Below are positions 1 through 14,596 of a DNA stretch of 64,000 nt, one piece after another. The notes beneath the pieces are model-generated. The model made no database searches, had not been told where the DNA came from, and saw only the letters and a program-made list of their open reading frames with translations. Origin of the DNA: Lingula anatina (lineage: Eukaryota; Animalia; Brachiopoda). How positions within the stretch are numbered: position 1 is the first letter of the stretch; each line of letters opens with the position of its first letter. The stretch is taken from NCBI GenBank assembly GCA_051362555.1, contig CM120644.1, forward strand, positions 8,254,954 to 8,318,953. Direction: 5' to 3'. The translations under genes and the position numbers were made by a program.

Positions 1-365
1 TTTAAAAACCCTAGCGATATTTGGTCTGGAGTTGCTTGAAGCATAGCACAGCGTTGCTGTCATCAGGCCGTTAGTTTGTCAATTATCACGAATTACCCAC
101 GAATCACGAACCCATTCATTTTCCTATGGCAATCAAGCAACTCATTAAAAATGCACTCATGCGCAGTGGGCTAGGCGTGACGTCACGCAGTGCATTTCTG
201 GGGGATGTTAAAATCAAATGGAGGGCGGTCTTCCTGTTACCCGGACCCTCAATTTTGGAACACTTGGATTTACACTTGAGAACTGTCTCCTGTCCACGTA
301 AAATATACTTAACCTTATAAATAGCGTAAATTTTCTTTCATACGGTGTATTTGTTAAACACTTAC

Positions 366-3300
366 TAATAAGTGCGGTCCACTCCACTGCTGGAAGTTGT
401 TCGCTTTGTTGATAATTCAAACTTTGGAAATACACGTCTAAGATGATATGATTCTTCCTGGAAAAAAAAAGTTCTTATAACCTCTATATAGCGTGTCAGT
501 GTAAGTTGCCAATGGGAATATCAATTTGGTACTACCGGTAGCATTTGGTAATTTTGCAGATACACGCTACAGGTAACGGGTTTAAAATCTTATTACTGTA
601 TGAGTGACGTTACTAGGTGACGCCTAGGATGTATCACCATGCCACCATCTATCATTTGTATAATAAAGTAAATATTTTCAAATATTTTGGACATCAGCCT
701 AAACTGAACATACCTTGCATCATCTACCGCCACCCCGAGCGTGTTTGAGGCCTCCACTTTTGTGCTCTCGCTGGGAACGAGGGAATACGAGAGCGCAGTC
801 TGGTATACCACGCTGCTACACGGCACAGAACAACTGCACATACCAGTGAAGTCTTGTGTCAGGTTGACTGGATAGTTTTAACAGGAGGTACAAATAAAGA
901 CACAGCATTAAATAGCGTTAGGCCTATAGGACAAAAGCACAGCATCATAAGAACTGTATATGGTTAACGTTTGATCCCCTGGGAATATCAAAACCAGTGT
1001 ACATGGATAGGCCTATCACTTTCAATACATTGCCCAAAGTCGCGCTTATTAGATAACGCATAAGAGTTTTAAGTTTCATAGATTTATTCTATACTGGTGT
1101 TTGCCTGTGATGAAGAGAAGTAAAAGTCTAAAACACAAAACAGGCTTGTAAATCTTTTTTTTTTCAGCAGTGTTAGTTAATTCATAGTGTGGTGATGATG
1201 GGAAATCGCTTAGATGGCTTGGATTACTATTAGGCTATGTATTTAAATAAAAGGTCTAACGCAACATTGCAAAGGCCTAGCTGTCATATATATATCTCAC
1301 AACTGTTGACTATAAACATGTAAATGCAAAATTTGGTTGACAAACGATGTAAGGTTTGATGGCACAAAACACAGATGTTTTTTTTTTTTTTTTATAATTA
1401 GTGATGCGTATTATAAAACGTCATAATTAGTGATGCGTATTTGTTTATTTCGAGAAGTATTTGTTAACCATTCCTCTTTACAGTGAAAACGTTAAGCAGC
1501 TTATTCAAACAAAAAAAAGGTCTGTACGTTACCCAATAGAGGCTTGACGCATGTCAGTATACGTATCAACCCGCAAACAGGTTCATAACCTGCAAATTTC
1601 AAGTTCAGTTATAATACTGAATCTTGCTGGTGACATTTCATTTATCTATTTATAATGTACAGTTCAGTTTAAAGCATATAACAAATACTACTGAACGACT
1701 TTCAGTACATTAAAACAGTGATTCCATTTATATCAGGCCTGAACACTACATTATGAACAAAAATTGCTATATCGTCCGAAAGATTTTTCATGTTTTCAGC
1801 ATGTCGGATTCCAATAAATGCCCTTTGCTTTAGAAATATTGGTAACAAAAAGATTAAGTGGCAAATATATTGTTTAGTTTTGTTTATTTTTAAACTAAAC
1901 ATAACAGTAACACATTTATACTGCTTTGTAATAAATCGGACAGAATAAGATACCATTCCCACAGATATTTAGATTTATCCCCCTGGGGAGTCTCACTAAA
2001 TTGCTGTAAACCTGGCGGCTTAAATGTCTGTCACGCCTATTAAAGCTAGGGGTAATTACCTTTACCCTAGCCAATTCGGTAGGCGTGACAGATATTTAAG
2101 CCTCTTGAGCTGACAGCAATTTAGCGTGAACCCCCAGGGGTTAGGTCGATCCATATGGATCGATCTAAATCTGTGGGAATGCAGGAAGGAAGAAACTTAC
2201 CCGGATGTTCCATCAGCCTACAGTTACAGTGCCGCAGAATATGCTTCCGCTTGCACTCCACGACACAGCCAGACATAGTATAGACAGGGTAGAACTCCAG
2301 GGAAGCTGTCTCGTTACATTGTCCATACGGTGGGTGTAATGTCGCAAACTATGATAACAGATAAGAATTCCGTTTTTCAAAGAACCACTTAAGCCAGATA
2401 AAAACTTTTTTTTTCAATTTTACGTACTCTTTTTCGTATCACAAACAACGTACAACGGTTTTACATGCATGTTGACGCAAGTTGATTTTTCTACAGATCC
2501 CTAAAGTAACATCATGGACATTGAATCACAGCATTATTTTGAAAAAAAGAAACGATGATGTTGGTGGTAGCTATAAAATATATCCAAAATAATATAAATG
2601 TCCAGATGGCAATAAATGTAAACCCTAAATAAAAAGTGCCATTCTACATTCACAGGTACTTACGTCAGATCGGGTCAGACCAGCATATGCGTGCAACCCT
2701 GGCCCGACGGCTCTACCGTCTGTCTCTACGGACGCTGGCTCTGATTGGTTGTGAACATGGAACAATATTCCAGCATCAGGGGCGTCTCCTCTCAGTATTA
2801 AGTTTGTGTATTGTTCCTGGGGATAAAAGCAATTGAATAAATGAACTGTACTGTATACCTTCGTATATCGTGTTCTCGATAGAATATGTCTCCATGCATT
2901 CTTCATACGAAAAATCAATTAATGAATCACTTAAAATGTAAACCATTATAAGTAAATCCATTTCTGAAACCTTTGTTTTAATAGTCTGAATGTTAACTAA
3001 CAACCCGTCTTATGTTATAGTACTGATTAAGAGCACTGGAAACAAGCCTTTTTGCTAGTATTATCTCGTCCTTCTTCCATGAGGAAGATATGTGTGTGTG
3101 TGTGTGTGTGTGTGTGGGTGTGTGATTGCCCAGAAAAGTAAAATAAATAAACAAATAAATTAAATACTTGAGTAGAAAACATATAACCCACCTGCTGTAT
3201 GTTAATTTCTATTCGGAGGCCATTGCCAATACCTGCTTGGTCCTGGAACAAGTTTCTCGATGGATCATCACCACTATTAAATGTGTAGCAGTTTCCAAAT

Positions 3301-4663
3301 TCGGTAAATACGTGTTTGAAGTCCTGAAATGCGTAAGCATTGTGTTTTACTCGTCGCTCCCATATTAATACATTGGTGGGTGCATTATCCATTAACATTT
3401 GAAGATATTATTTGCCCTAGCTTATTTTTTTGTTTAATAATTATTCAAAATAACGATGTTTCGTCGAGCGTGCAATCAAACATCTCAGTCACCAAGCGAC
3501 GCACGGCGAAACTACACACGTACGTTGCAAATTAAGTTACGACGCCGTAAATAAGAACATTACACAGCAGGCATACATACCGCAGTAATATTGCAATCTT
3601 CACCTCTAAATGTGCACCGCGCGTTTCTTTCATTAAGAAGCCACCCTTTGTCTTTGGTGAAGTTAGCAAAGGTGTACCCACTGCCGTACCATGCGGTCAT
3701 ATTCAGATTCTTTATGTTATCCAGGTTAATATGTGCGTATGCCCTGGAGTTCTTGCTGGATAGAGCAGCGAGATACAGTGTAGCGCCATTTAAATACAAT
3801 CTGTCCATAGTGTTCAGTCGTCTGCCTACATATCTGGAAATATTCAAGGTTTTAATCGAATCTATTCACTGATAGCTGTAAATGAAAGATCTTGATTTAG
3901 TACTGGATTGGTATTTGCCTGTCCCTTAATTCATAGGACTGGTATTCCATTTTGCGTTCTGAATCAAATGTTGTTTCTACTGCCGTTATTTAACTATAAA
4001 CCACCAAATCTGTGTAAAACACTTAGTGCACGAGAAGTTCAATTTACATGTTAAACTTAACATACGGTTTTGTATTACTACGTCTGGAAGGACCGCAGAC
4101 AAGTCATCTCATTATAGTGTTAGCTAAATGTGGTTCATGTTAGACATTTGGTAGTGCTAATGGTTCCTTGGTTGCTTTCGCTCTTAATCAACTCTGTGGT
4201 TCTTCCCCGCATTGTGAATAGAACTAAAATCTAGCATATAACATTAGCGTAATTTGTATAATACGCATAAAAGTAGGATTGATTGAAATGTTGTGGAAAT
4301 GACTTTATATAAATAGCGATTTTATAAACATACAGGTACATGTACAGTATAAGACAAGCAGTCTATAGACATATCGCCAATAACGTACCTGTTATAATTA
4401 CAAATTGTAACAGCGGGAAAGCTGAGGGAAGTGTTGAATACCATTGACGTTTTGGTTACCGTGTCTCGGCGAATAAAAGCCGAAAATCTCATTTCAATCT
4501 GTATAGTAGCGACGACGAAGCCTGCCACTATTAAGATTATCCACAGTGCCTTCATCACCAGGTGGCGACTCTGTGCAACACGGGCAAACCCATGAGCGCT
4601 GGTGGAAGTGGCAAATTCTCCAAGGGAGACCCTTTTCTCGTCTGGGTCGTCGACCTTTTTCAT
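366..4663 (-). CDS. DEG/ENaC/ASIC-family amiloride-sensitive sodium channel subunit (3' end with TM2 outside the window)
   Basis: Phase-consistent GT-AG exons 4389-4663, 3581-3833, 3192-3323, 2664-2816, 2201-2348, 1533-1589, 714-867, 366-457. Motifs: pre-TM1 TSAHGF (HG gating motif), TM1, FPAVTICNYNR, GNCYTFN, GNGLRIEINIQQEQY, Cys-rich thumb (PPYGQC..C...C......C.C..CSCSVPC), LDVYFQSLNY. The ATG sits in GCCATG just after an acceptor, so a 5'UTR exon lies upstream. Confidence 0.95.
1954..2181. mobile_element. Foldback MITE-like element in channel intron
   Basis: Ends CATTCCCACAGAT...ATCTGTGGGAATG, with nested internal inverted arms (CCCCTGGGG/CCCCAGGGG, TAAATTGCTGT/ACAGCAATTTA, CTGTCACGCCTA/TAGGCGTGACAG). 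No clear TSD. Confidence 0.7.
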
Positions 4664-5395
4664 GGCGCTGGAATATTACTAAATATTTTACGGTGAGAGG
4701 CATATAAAATAGATGATTATAGTTACCATGTTGGTATGATTTGGTGTATTTTGTACTAAAAAGTGATTTTTTTGTACAGCATACATTTAAACACTATAGG
4801 GTGCTTACTCTCATTTACTTACATCCATAAATATAATCCAATTCACGGACAGAGCATGTTTGCCTATTTAACAGCGCACAATTGTTCCATATTCCTTATG
4901 TATGTTTTTGCAGATTTTTGTAAGTCAAATACAGCTGCGGTGTTTAAATATCAGCACGTATCTACAGTATACCCTGAAATTTGGCATGTGAAATCAAGCA
5001 TGCAACAAAAGCTGTGGATATCATTTATTATTCGGAATGACACTTTTTAACTCTATTAATTTCTGTTTGAACAATCGGTTATATAGGTTTTGCACACGCC
5101 TTATATACACATGCCAGCCTCAAAGAAGTGTAGTCAGTGTAATTAAATGGTTAGTTTAACTTGTACTGATTTTTTCGTATTTATTTTCAATGATTGTATA
5201 AACTCCTTAAACTAACTCTATAAACTCTACTTAACTCCTTTGAATTTTGTATCCAGAAAATTAAAGTAAAAGAAAAAAATAGATAAAGTAGTATACATTC
5301 ATGCCCCCTGTCACACCTCATACATTGTACACCCGGTAATAATAATTGGAGAAAGTGGGACCAAAGTATATGTTTGACAAGTCAAATGTCATTTC

Positions 5396-5414
5396 CACAC
5401 ACACACACACACAG

Positions 5415-5447
<33 letters not shown>

Positions 5448-5538
5448 GACACACACACACACAGACACACACACACACAGACAGACACACACACACACAG
5501 ACACACACACACACACACAGACACACACACACACACAG

Positions 5539-5598
<60 letters not shown>

Positions 5599-5619
5599 AC
5601 ACACACACACAGACACACA

Positions 5620-5655
<36 letters not shown>

Positions 5656-5679
5656 GGCACACACACACACACACACACA

Positions 5680-5721
<42 letters not shown>

Positions 5722-5803
5722 GACACACACACACAGACACACACACACACACGCACACACACACACACAGACACACACACACACACACGCACACACACAC
5801 ACA
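5396..5803. repeat. Compound (CA)n/(CAGA) microsatellite, ~400 bp
   Basis: Read directly; it explains the HT/CV-repeat ORFs. Confidence 0.98.
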
Positions 5804-8800
5804 CCTTCTAATATGATATCCAATACTAATAGGCTGATTAACACCACGTCTAAATCTAAGAATTATAATTTGTCAAGTAAAATAAAGGATGCATTGAACA
5901 GCGGATTTTAAACACACCAGTTGAAAATGAAGACATTTGAGCAGTGGCAGGGTAGAAAAGGAGCCCAGCCGTGTATAGGTGTACCTCGGTAAGTGGCAGA
6001 ATGCTCAACAGAAGGGAGGAAAGCCAACATAAGTTTAAAAGATTCTATAAAAAGAAAAATGCGTTTGTGGAAAATGTAATGTCGGTGCAACAAAACTTTT
6101 TCACAGAACAAAAGCTTACATAAGAGGGGCAGAGTTCCACGAAGTAGTCTCTTCGTGAAATGCTCAGCTGTGGTGGTACATGTACGTCTTGGTGAGAAGA
6201 AAATATGGAAAGACGTTCAAAATACTGGAGTTTAACTAACAAATAGAAGACAGGTAAAGGGAATGTATTAAAGCACTAGGTAATGACAGTCTTTTGTAAC
6301 ATAGACGGTGTACAAATAGTGAGGAAAGACACTTGTTCATATAATCTGTCATTAACTCCAGTCACAGCACTCCTTCATTGTATGCGACATACAAAACGAT
6401 CTCATACAGTGGACGATGGCAAATGCTTGTAACTGACTAATCCCACGACTGGCGCTTCGAACAAAGGACAACTGCACTTGCATTTCACTTGAATTGAATT
6501 GAAACCTCTCGTAAGTGAAATGCAGGTACAACTACATGTAGTAAAGCACTTAAAGAAAGCAGACCTTCAACTAGTCAGATGCAGTCTTATTACTACTTAA
6601 TTGATCATTGGCACACCACCAAAATATACTCGATTGCTACTTGGCCCGACAGTTTTTGAAAAATTCATCAAATTCCGTAGCCTCCTTGGCGGAGGTTCAT
6701 GTAGTCTTCTTATTGTTCGAAGGAAAAAACCATTGGATAAGGATGAAAAAACTTTAATTCATTAACTGAAGTGCAAAATTTTTACATTATGTCAGATCAT
6801 CAACTGTTTTTTATGCAGCCTAGACGTATATATCAATGTCTAGTTATTTTTTCCTTTGGAAATATTTTTTTTAAAATATGGTATATGCGTATTGTAATTT
6901 ACTTTTTAGAATACCTCTCTTAACTCACTTTCAGTGCATATACTGTATGTTTAAATGCACTTGAGAGGTGAGACGCTGATAAAATAAATATATATAAATG
7001 TTGTTGGTTACGCTGATTTAGAAATGTTATACAGAAATACCGCTTTGTATAATATACCTCATTGAAATCCGTTAGCATACTTGTATATTAACCACTCACA
7101 ATCCAGTCTTTAGTATCGTAAAAGAACAATTAAATGTAAGTTATAAAATAGGTTTTAATGAAACAAAACACAATGCACAACAAAATAATGGTTCTAAACA
7201 CAGAACTATACGCCACAGGTTCCGGTCCATAGCAATTAACCTTTAATTCTATGAATAAGTACTTCATAATGAATCTAAAAGAACTAAGAGTACATTTCTT
7301 TTTGCAAGCAATATTGTTTTCAAACGGAGGTTATTCACAGCATTAATTATCTTACCGTAGGTCTAACAGTGGCGATCTGTGAAGTCCAACGTGCAAATAT
7401 GTATTAAGTGTAAGAAAATACACCTCTTACATGGTCGATGTATACAATACGAATGGAATATATGTAACAGGCAAATGTAAGAATGATGTTAATACTACAG
7501 GCTATCCACAAATTATAGGAGGAAAAGTTTTGTTTCTCAGACAAAATTTCAACCCATTATGTTTTTTTTCTTTTTTCATTTTTTTCTAGAACTGGTACGC
7601 ATTTTCCCACCAAGTTCACAAACGAGCCACATCTCCGCAAAGTATGTGCTGTATACGAGCGATCACATCATTATCATCAAGTCAATTGAAAAAAGTCTAT
7701 AAGCGTGTGAATATCACTAAAATCAACAAGTTACTACATCATTAGTGAAAATGCCCCTTACCTTCCGTTTCTAACAAGTCATTCACTGCGCCAGCCAGTC
7801 ACGGAAAATGCTCTGTGTAAGGAGCAAATACGATTATATAGTTATTATTTCCCCAACTCTTCATGTTACGGCTCCGGCATTATTTATTTCTTTGTGTGTT
7901 GCCTCACACCATGACACCTGTATTGACTACTAGAGTTGTTCTGTTTCTACGGTGTACTCATGCTTTAAACAGTAAATAGTAGTGCTTGAGTCTTTATTTA
8001 ATTGATTTCCTAGCAGCTGTTTACATAAATACATCTCTCACATGCTCTACAAATGAAACCTTTGCAACGTCATGATTTGGCGTGCTTTTCTTCATATATT
8101 TTTTCAGGTTGAATAATTGATGTTAAATGAGGATTTTAAATCACTGGTATCGTGGTGTAGTGACTGCAAACAAAAATGAGGGGATTAATATTGTGACGCT
8201 TCGTCAACTCAGCTGCGAATTGAGCTGCTGATATTAGCTTATTCCGGGAAAGTTAAAAGGTTTATAAGGGATTTTAGATTTATAGTAGAGTCAATCAGTA
8301 TATCAGCAATTTTTTTTACACAGGGCGTATTTATAATTCTTTTAATTGCCAATTCCGCATATACATTCCGACTTAATAGTACATGTACATGCATTTGCGT
8401 TCAAGACAGTGGCTATTGATCCTGTACGTATAAGTATGGGGATTTATATAACATCCAATTGTTCAAGTTCTTAAAACATGAAACTGGCAAAACCGATCCA
8501 GATATATGCAAATATGTGTGTGTGTGTGTGTGTGTGTGTAAAATGAGAGAAATGGGAAACTTATGGTACAAAAAGCTGATTTATTGTTGTCATTTTTGTT
8601 TTAAAGAAACAAGGAGAACCTTTACATTGTTAGCTGATGAAAACCATGAAAATGAAGGACTGCCATCCTTTGTCATACGTATCATTCACCCTCTATGACC
8701 ATCCTGATATTGTAGAAACTACAGCCAGGGGCTTATTTTCAGAAACTTCAGTCGACGTTTGTGGATAAATATAAAATGTTTTGAGAAAAGTGAATCAGTT

Positions 8801-9488
8801 TAATATTTTGCAGGTAAATTGTAAATTTTTGTTTCATATAAAGAATATCCCACTGCTGTGCTCGTTATTTTATAGTAAATGCATACACATATATATGTAC
8901 ACCAATAAAAGAAATGTACTGCATGCACTACTTCTATACAGGTTATCATATCTCATTCATGATAACTCTCTTAAATATATGTATTGCAAACGACAACGCA
9001 AAAACGGATTTCATCATGGATTAAAAATAAATCTATTATTCCCTTCAATTGTCTCCTCACTTCCATTCTTTTATTTCACACACACACCCCTCCCCGCGGT
9101 TTTTTCCACCTCCAGAATTATGGAAGTACCTCATAATCACTCTTTCAACGCATTTTGATTCTGGTGAATAAATGTATTATGGTGAAGCAAAATCGCTCTA
9201 CTGCAATGTAAAACTGCCTAGAGATAAAATACGTTTGGGATGAAGGGGAAGCGAGGCGATAAACGGAATGGAAGATAAATTGTGCAATTCATCTTTATGG
9301 ATGCATACCTTTTCCAAATTAAATCTTTCTATTTTAGCCTTATCTTGTTTTCTTCCAAAATTCAATATTAATAAAATTGTACAGGTGGAATTGCAAGTAT
9401 GAACTACGTCTATGTTACAAGCGCATCAATTCTTTTGAATACAAATGCTGCGTACATCATGGAACGCTGCAAGTCATATCCGTATACT

Positions 9489-9974
9489 TCACTCCTCCTT
9501 CTTTTCATTCTCAGACTCCTTTGGTAGGTTGCGTTTCCTAATCATATCCATTTTGGCGTGAATGATAGCTGGGTTCATTGTGTTTATTACGATATAATCT
9601 GACAGGGGTGCAGGAAGATAGGACACCGCAGTAGCAAAAGCACCATTCGGTCCGTATCGTGCGTAGGGATACCATGACGTCATTGCGTGAATGTAGTCGT
9701 TGACAACCCAGTCGACGTTAATGCAGGCATGGGCGTCTCTCGCTTCGAACAGACGGGTTTTCACTAAAAAATAAAATCATAGACGCATATTAAACGTCAA
9801 TTTACAGTACATACAGCGCATTTTATAATTCTTTTTAGTTTTGATTAATCTTGGGTATGAGAGCAGTTGCTGCAAAGCAATTCGATATCAGTAATTGTGC
9901 ATATGGATGTATTTATAATAACAAGCACTAGTAAACGCAACAACTTACATGCCAAAGACAAAAATGGGTTACTA

Positions 9975-10013
<39 letters not shown>

Positions 10014-13000
10014 TTTTTTTACAAGTACTGACAAAAGTTAAGTGACACAAGCTCGGTCCGAAATGCCTACCGTCCTGCATGAAATCTTTATTATATTCCT
10101 GTTGCGCCTCTGGCGGTGCTCCATCAAAGGCGGCCTGGATGAAGTGGGAGTAGTTCTCCTCACTGGTGATATTAGTCTTAAACCAACCAGGTTCCACCAA
10201 ATGAACGCTGATGTTCGAGCACTTCAGCTGTTGTCTGAAAAGTAAAAATAAGAAAAAACATGTATAACACAACTCATCCTAGAATTTTGCAAGGGGTTAT
10301 TCAAAAGCGTATTGCCCCTTCCCCCGGCGTTTCTTTGTACATGTAGGGACTACATACGGGATTTACCCGCCATAATGTATTTTCCTAATGAAACAGCAAT
10401 TTTTGACCTGCTTACATACATACGAATTATTGACAACACGTTATAACAGGAAGGAAAGACCCCTTGGATCCCTTGTCCACTTCCCATTACTTTGTACAGG
10501 AGACATTCGTCTCATATACTAACCCCAATACTCCAACTAACCCTAACCTGTATTAGTCATATGAAGTGGTGGATTTAGAGGGGGGGGGTCAAGGGGCCCT
10601 GATCCCCCCCCCTCCCCCTTCGATTTCTAGACCCCTCTTGAAATTAGAATTTTGACTAGCTGAATCATAGTTCTAAACCGTACCAAATGGCACCGTAATT
10701 CGCCCTCTATAATACCATTTTTTCGGGGCCCTTCAGCGGAACACCAACCCCACGCCAAGTGGGGGTGGGGGGAGGGTCGGCTTCGCCACTGCAGACACCC
10801 CCTCCTTCAAATAATCCTGGATGCACCCCTGATATGAGAGCCCGGACTTCCATTCCTAGGACATCCATTCCATTCACGTACCGGCCCTGCTCTTGAATTC
10901 GATGTTTATCTTCTGGTACATTTCAGAAGAAAGTATCGGCGTTGGGTAAACATACTTTTATTTGAGGGGTTTAATAAATTTTAAGGTAGTTTTTAGACAG
11001 CTAGTGTTGCAGAATATGTAGACTTAGAAAATACGGGTTTGGGGAAATTTTAGACGCCTACATTATACCTTTAATATCCGGGATGATTTACCCAAACATC
11101 ATGCAACCACTGGTGGGACTGTATTACCATCAATTATCTGGGCCTATACAGCCGTGGGATTTGAAAATTGACTTAACTCTACCTGCTGTATCATTTATAT
11201 GCATCTCATCCATTCTTGTTCCTAGCTTCAATTTGCAATGCATTGATTAGCAAGCACATGCCTCATTTGGCATTGCCAGCACAATTTCTGTTTGCGTTAA
11301 CTTATCGACCTTTGGTGTCTTCGTTCATGCGTAGGCCTACGTGTAAACTGACCTGGCAGCGTCAGAGAAACCCTCGACTGCACACTTGGAGGCGACGTAG
11401 CACGGGAAGTCTCCAATAGGTAGACGAGCCAGCTGACTGCTGGTGTTTACTAATCGACCTTGACCTTTCTTCAGCAAGGGCAGGAACACTGTAGTTACCT
11501 AGGTGATAGGTTATACAACAAATTTCTCCAATAAAATTCGGATTACTTTACATACACATTACTTTAGTGGTGATTGATTTATTTCCGGTTAAATATTTTG
11601 CAATAGTTATCTGAACGGCAAATAACTGACAATTATGTCCCATAAGACATTATGAACGTGGTAAATAGTACGTTTAGTACAAAACACGTTGACAAATCGT
11701 TCAGTTAGGGCTTACGGGTGTTATACTAACTTCTGCCATCCCTAGAAAGTTGATTTCCATGCAATGGCGATAGTCATCTCTGGTCAGCCACTCCAGGGGG
11801 CCATACTTGCCCTCTATTCCAGCATTATTTATCAATCCCCACAGACCTGATGTGAGTGAATAATACAGAATTATCAATATGAGCAGACCTACTTTGCAAA
11901 GAATGTACACCATAAATATCGGTATATCTTTATTGTCAATGCTTTATTAAATAATCATTAATATCTATATTGTATTTGACATTAATACTGCAATAAATAC
12001 GATACAATAACGTGATCACACTAGTGCATTTTACAGGCACACACGTCGCATATATGCCTAGAAAGCAATACAAGCACCGTCCCCAGAACACAATTAAAAT
12101 GTCACACTTATTCAGCTTAAAACATAAAGGCCAACGCAATGTAAATAAGCGATCTATAAATTCATGATGGCTCTACATGCTGGTTGAATTGAATGCATTT
12201 ACTGAACATTATACTGGTTGTGTGTAGAGATCCACCAAGTCTATGCACTACTTCGTTATGCTTGTCTCAGTGATATAAACTGTCTTTTAAGAATAAATAT
12301 ACGCGTATTACCTATATCCCCGGGAACGTGGGCCTTCACGAACTCGAAACCGTTCTTTATGCTTTCAGAACTAGCAATGTCCATGATGAATGGCTTGATA
12401 AATGGCCCATGAGCTTCCTGCAAAGACACATAATATCTCTTCTGCGTTCTCACATTACGTGCAATGAGCAATGAACAGTATGATATGAAGAATGAATGGG
12501 AAAACAGAGCATTCGTCTTACATCACTGAAAAACTTTTTAAAAAATACCTCACATCAGTTCTTAATGAATGAAAAAAAATCCAAGTAGCTCAATAATATT
12601 GCAGTCCCCTCCTTTCATTTTAAAGAGGACGTACAGGATAGGCAATTATTTGCCGCACTAAATACAGAATGTGCAAGTATTTTCGAGTAGTGTTGAATCT
12701 TTGTGTTGGTGCCATGGCCACGCGCCCATCTAATCAACGATATTTTAAGTTTACTCAAATAGTTCAAGAAAAGTATTTAGTTTGCATTGGAGCCACTAGC
12801 TTTCAAGCATAAACACTGGCAATTGGAGGTTTAAAAAGCAAGCATTGTGCCAACAAACGTAAATGTTATCTCGCTGACTCAAATCAAAGTTAAGACTTAT
12901 TCCCCGACTTAAATAAATCGCGTTCAATCAGAGGTTTGTATAAGTAACACTTAGCAATGCCTTGTACCACTCACTTCATTCCGCAGTGCTTCGGCTCCAC

Positions 13001-13208
13001 TCTCTGTAAGGCATGCAGCGAACACGTTAAACCCCATTCGATGCAGCCTCTTTGCCGCAAGACACCCAAAACCTGAATCACACCCAGTAATGGCAATGTA
13101 TTTCTCCCTGCAGACTTTGGCCCCGATGGTGAGCTTCCGTGCGATCCAGTTCAGCAGGAGTAAACCGATAAGAACGCAGGAGACGACTGTGAGACAGCAC
13201 CATGCCAT
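9489..13208 (-). CDS. Short-chain dehydrogenase/reductase, SDR9C type (RDH16/HSD17B6/DHRS9/BDH1-like)
   Basis: Exons 12975-13208, 12312-12417, 11731-11846, 11353-11498, 10071-10234, 9489-9763, all phase-consistent. N-terminal hydrophobic anchor, ITGCDSGFG cofactor motif, GLWGLINNAG, NTSS, catalytic YVASK, VEPGWFKT, C-terminal PYARY. Confidence 0.95.
10564..10831 (-). mobile_element. hAT-like MITE (CAGGGG...CCACTG family)
   Basis: Ends (A)AGTGGTGGATT...ATGCACCCCTG, flanked by ATATG on both sides. The internal GGTACGGTTTAGAACTATGATTCAGCTAG is shared with copies at ~20607-20857, 27868-27985 and 46174-46449. Superfamily inferred only from the CAG termini. Confidence 0.7.
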
Positions 13209-14354
13209 TGTCAGTGTGCCCGTTGACTGTTCTGTGCTGGAGTAAGTCGCCGAGAAAAATAGGGGAAGCGTGATAGATCGATGCTGAAGTCCAGAGTTGT
13301 GCAGAGTACCTCAAGTGGTTGTGAACTCAAAGGGAACACGTACACTAGTGACACACATAGGAACAGGAAACCCTCCGCCGCATTGAACGAAGTGAAAAAA
13401 TGCCCTGTGCTGCACTTCAGTCACAAACACGTTCAGCTATCTGGAGAGTCAGGGGAAATTCTAAGAGAACATGAACAAAATATGCCTTCGTCGGTGAAGT
13501 ACCGTAGAATCGCTGTTGCATGTACTCCAGCTGACTACATATACGTACATGTAGATGATGCCTACGTTAGCAAGTGAAAATGCAGCAGTCTACGCGAGGT
13601 ACTGTATAAGACGCAACTTCCGAACTTAATTTCAGTGCATTCCCAGCAATTTGCTCTATAACTCCCACCATACACCCGTTAAATGATAACTAGACGACAC
13701 TGTGGTGATTCAGTACAGACATCAACTCTGACATAAACATGTAAACTCTGCTTGATCTACATCTCTTTTAAAGTGATTTATTTTTTCAATGTGCACAGTT
13801 TTAAACAGCGGTAAGGCCAAGGTTAGATGAGCATCCGTTCGTTGGGTTCTGAAGACAAATATCAGCAGGAAACAAGCGACTGGCGTCCTATGATGCTAAT
13901 TTCAAGTGCTATATCAAAGAACAAATTAAGCTTCGATCAAGAACAAAAATGAAGAGAATATCGAAGTGAAATAGAAAATGAATATCAGAAAAAGAGAAAT
14001 AAAAAATTGCACAGCCACTAGATGATTCAGCAAGACACTATAATTCCCCCCCCCTTCACTTGCAGTAGCAAGAAAGTTTGAAAACTATATGGTAATTAGA
14101 GTCTTTCAAGAAATAATCTGCACTTGGTCTTTATGGAGAGGGATGGGGTTGGACGAGTAGGCGCCAGTCCACGCATTTTCACCTATGAAAACGGCAGGCC
14201 AATACCAACAACATTATTATTTCACTTCCTCTCTTGCCAACTTGACCCGTTTATAATGATAATAAACTGTAGCTTCGCGAATAGCTTAAATTTGTAGCAT
14301 TTTTGCATTACGTTATGAGAGAAGTTATGGCATTTGTAGTAGGCTTCATTTTTA

Positions 14355-14596
14355 ATTACCTCCGCCAAGGAGGTTATGTTTTCACCCCTGTTTGTCTGTT
14401 TGTTTGTTTGTCATCAACATAACTCAAACAGTTATGAACCAATTTTGATCAAATTTTCAGGAACTGTCAGAAGTGGGTCAAAAAGGAGATGATTAGTTTT
14501 TGGTGGGGATCCGGATCAATAATCAATCATTAATCAATAATAATAATAAATCGCTGCCTTGGCGGAGGTCTGCGCTCTCGGAGTGCTTTTCTAGTT
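14355..14596 (+). mobile_element. Helentron-associated (HINE/DINE-1-like) non-autonomous element
   Basis: Sub-terminal inverted repeat CCTCCGCCAAGG...CCTTGGCGGAGG, internal GTTT/GTCT microsatellite, 3' hairpin GCGCTC-TCG-GAGTGC, terminal CTAGTT. Further copies at 23063-23301 and 30157-30397; fragments near 21800 and 28890. Confidence 0.75.

Noticed and set aside
5318-5847. Five overlapping ORFs of His-Thr or Cys-Val repeats
   Set aside because: They are translations of a (CA)n microsatellite, with no splice or coding context.
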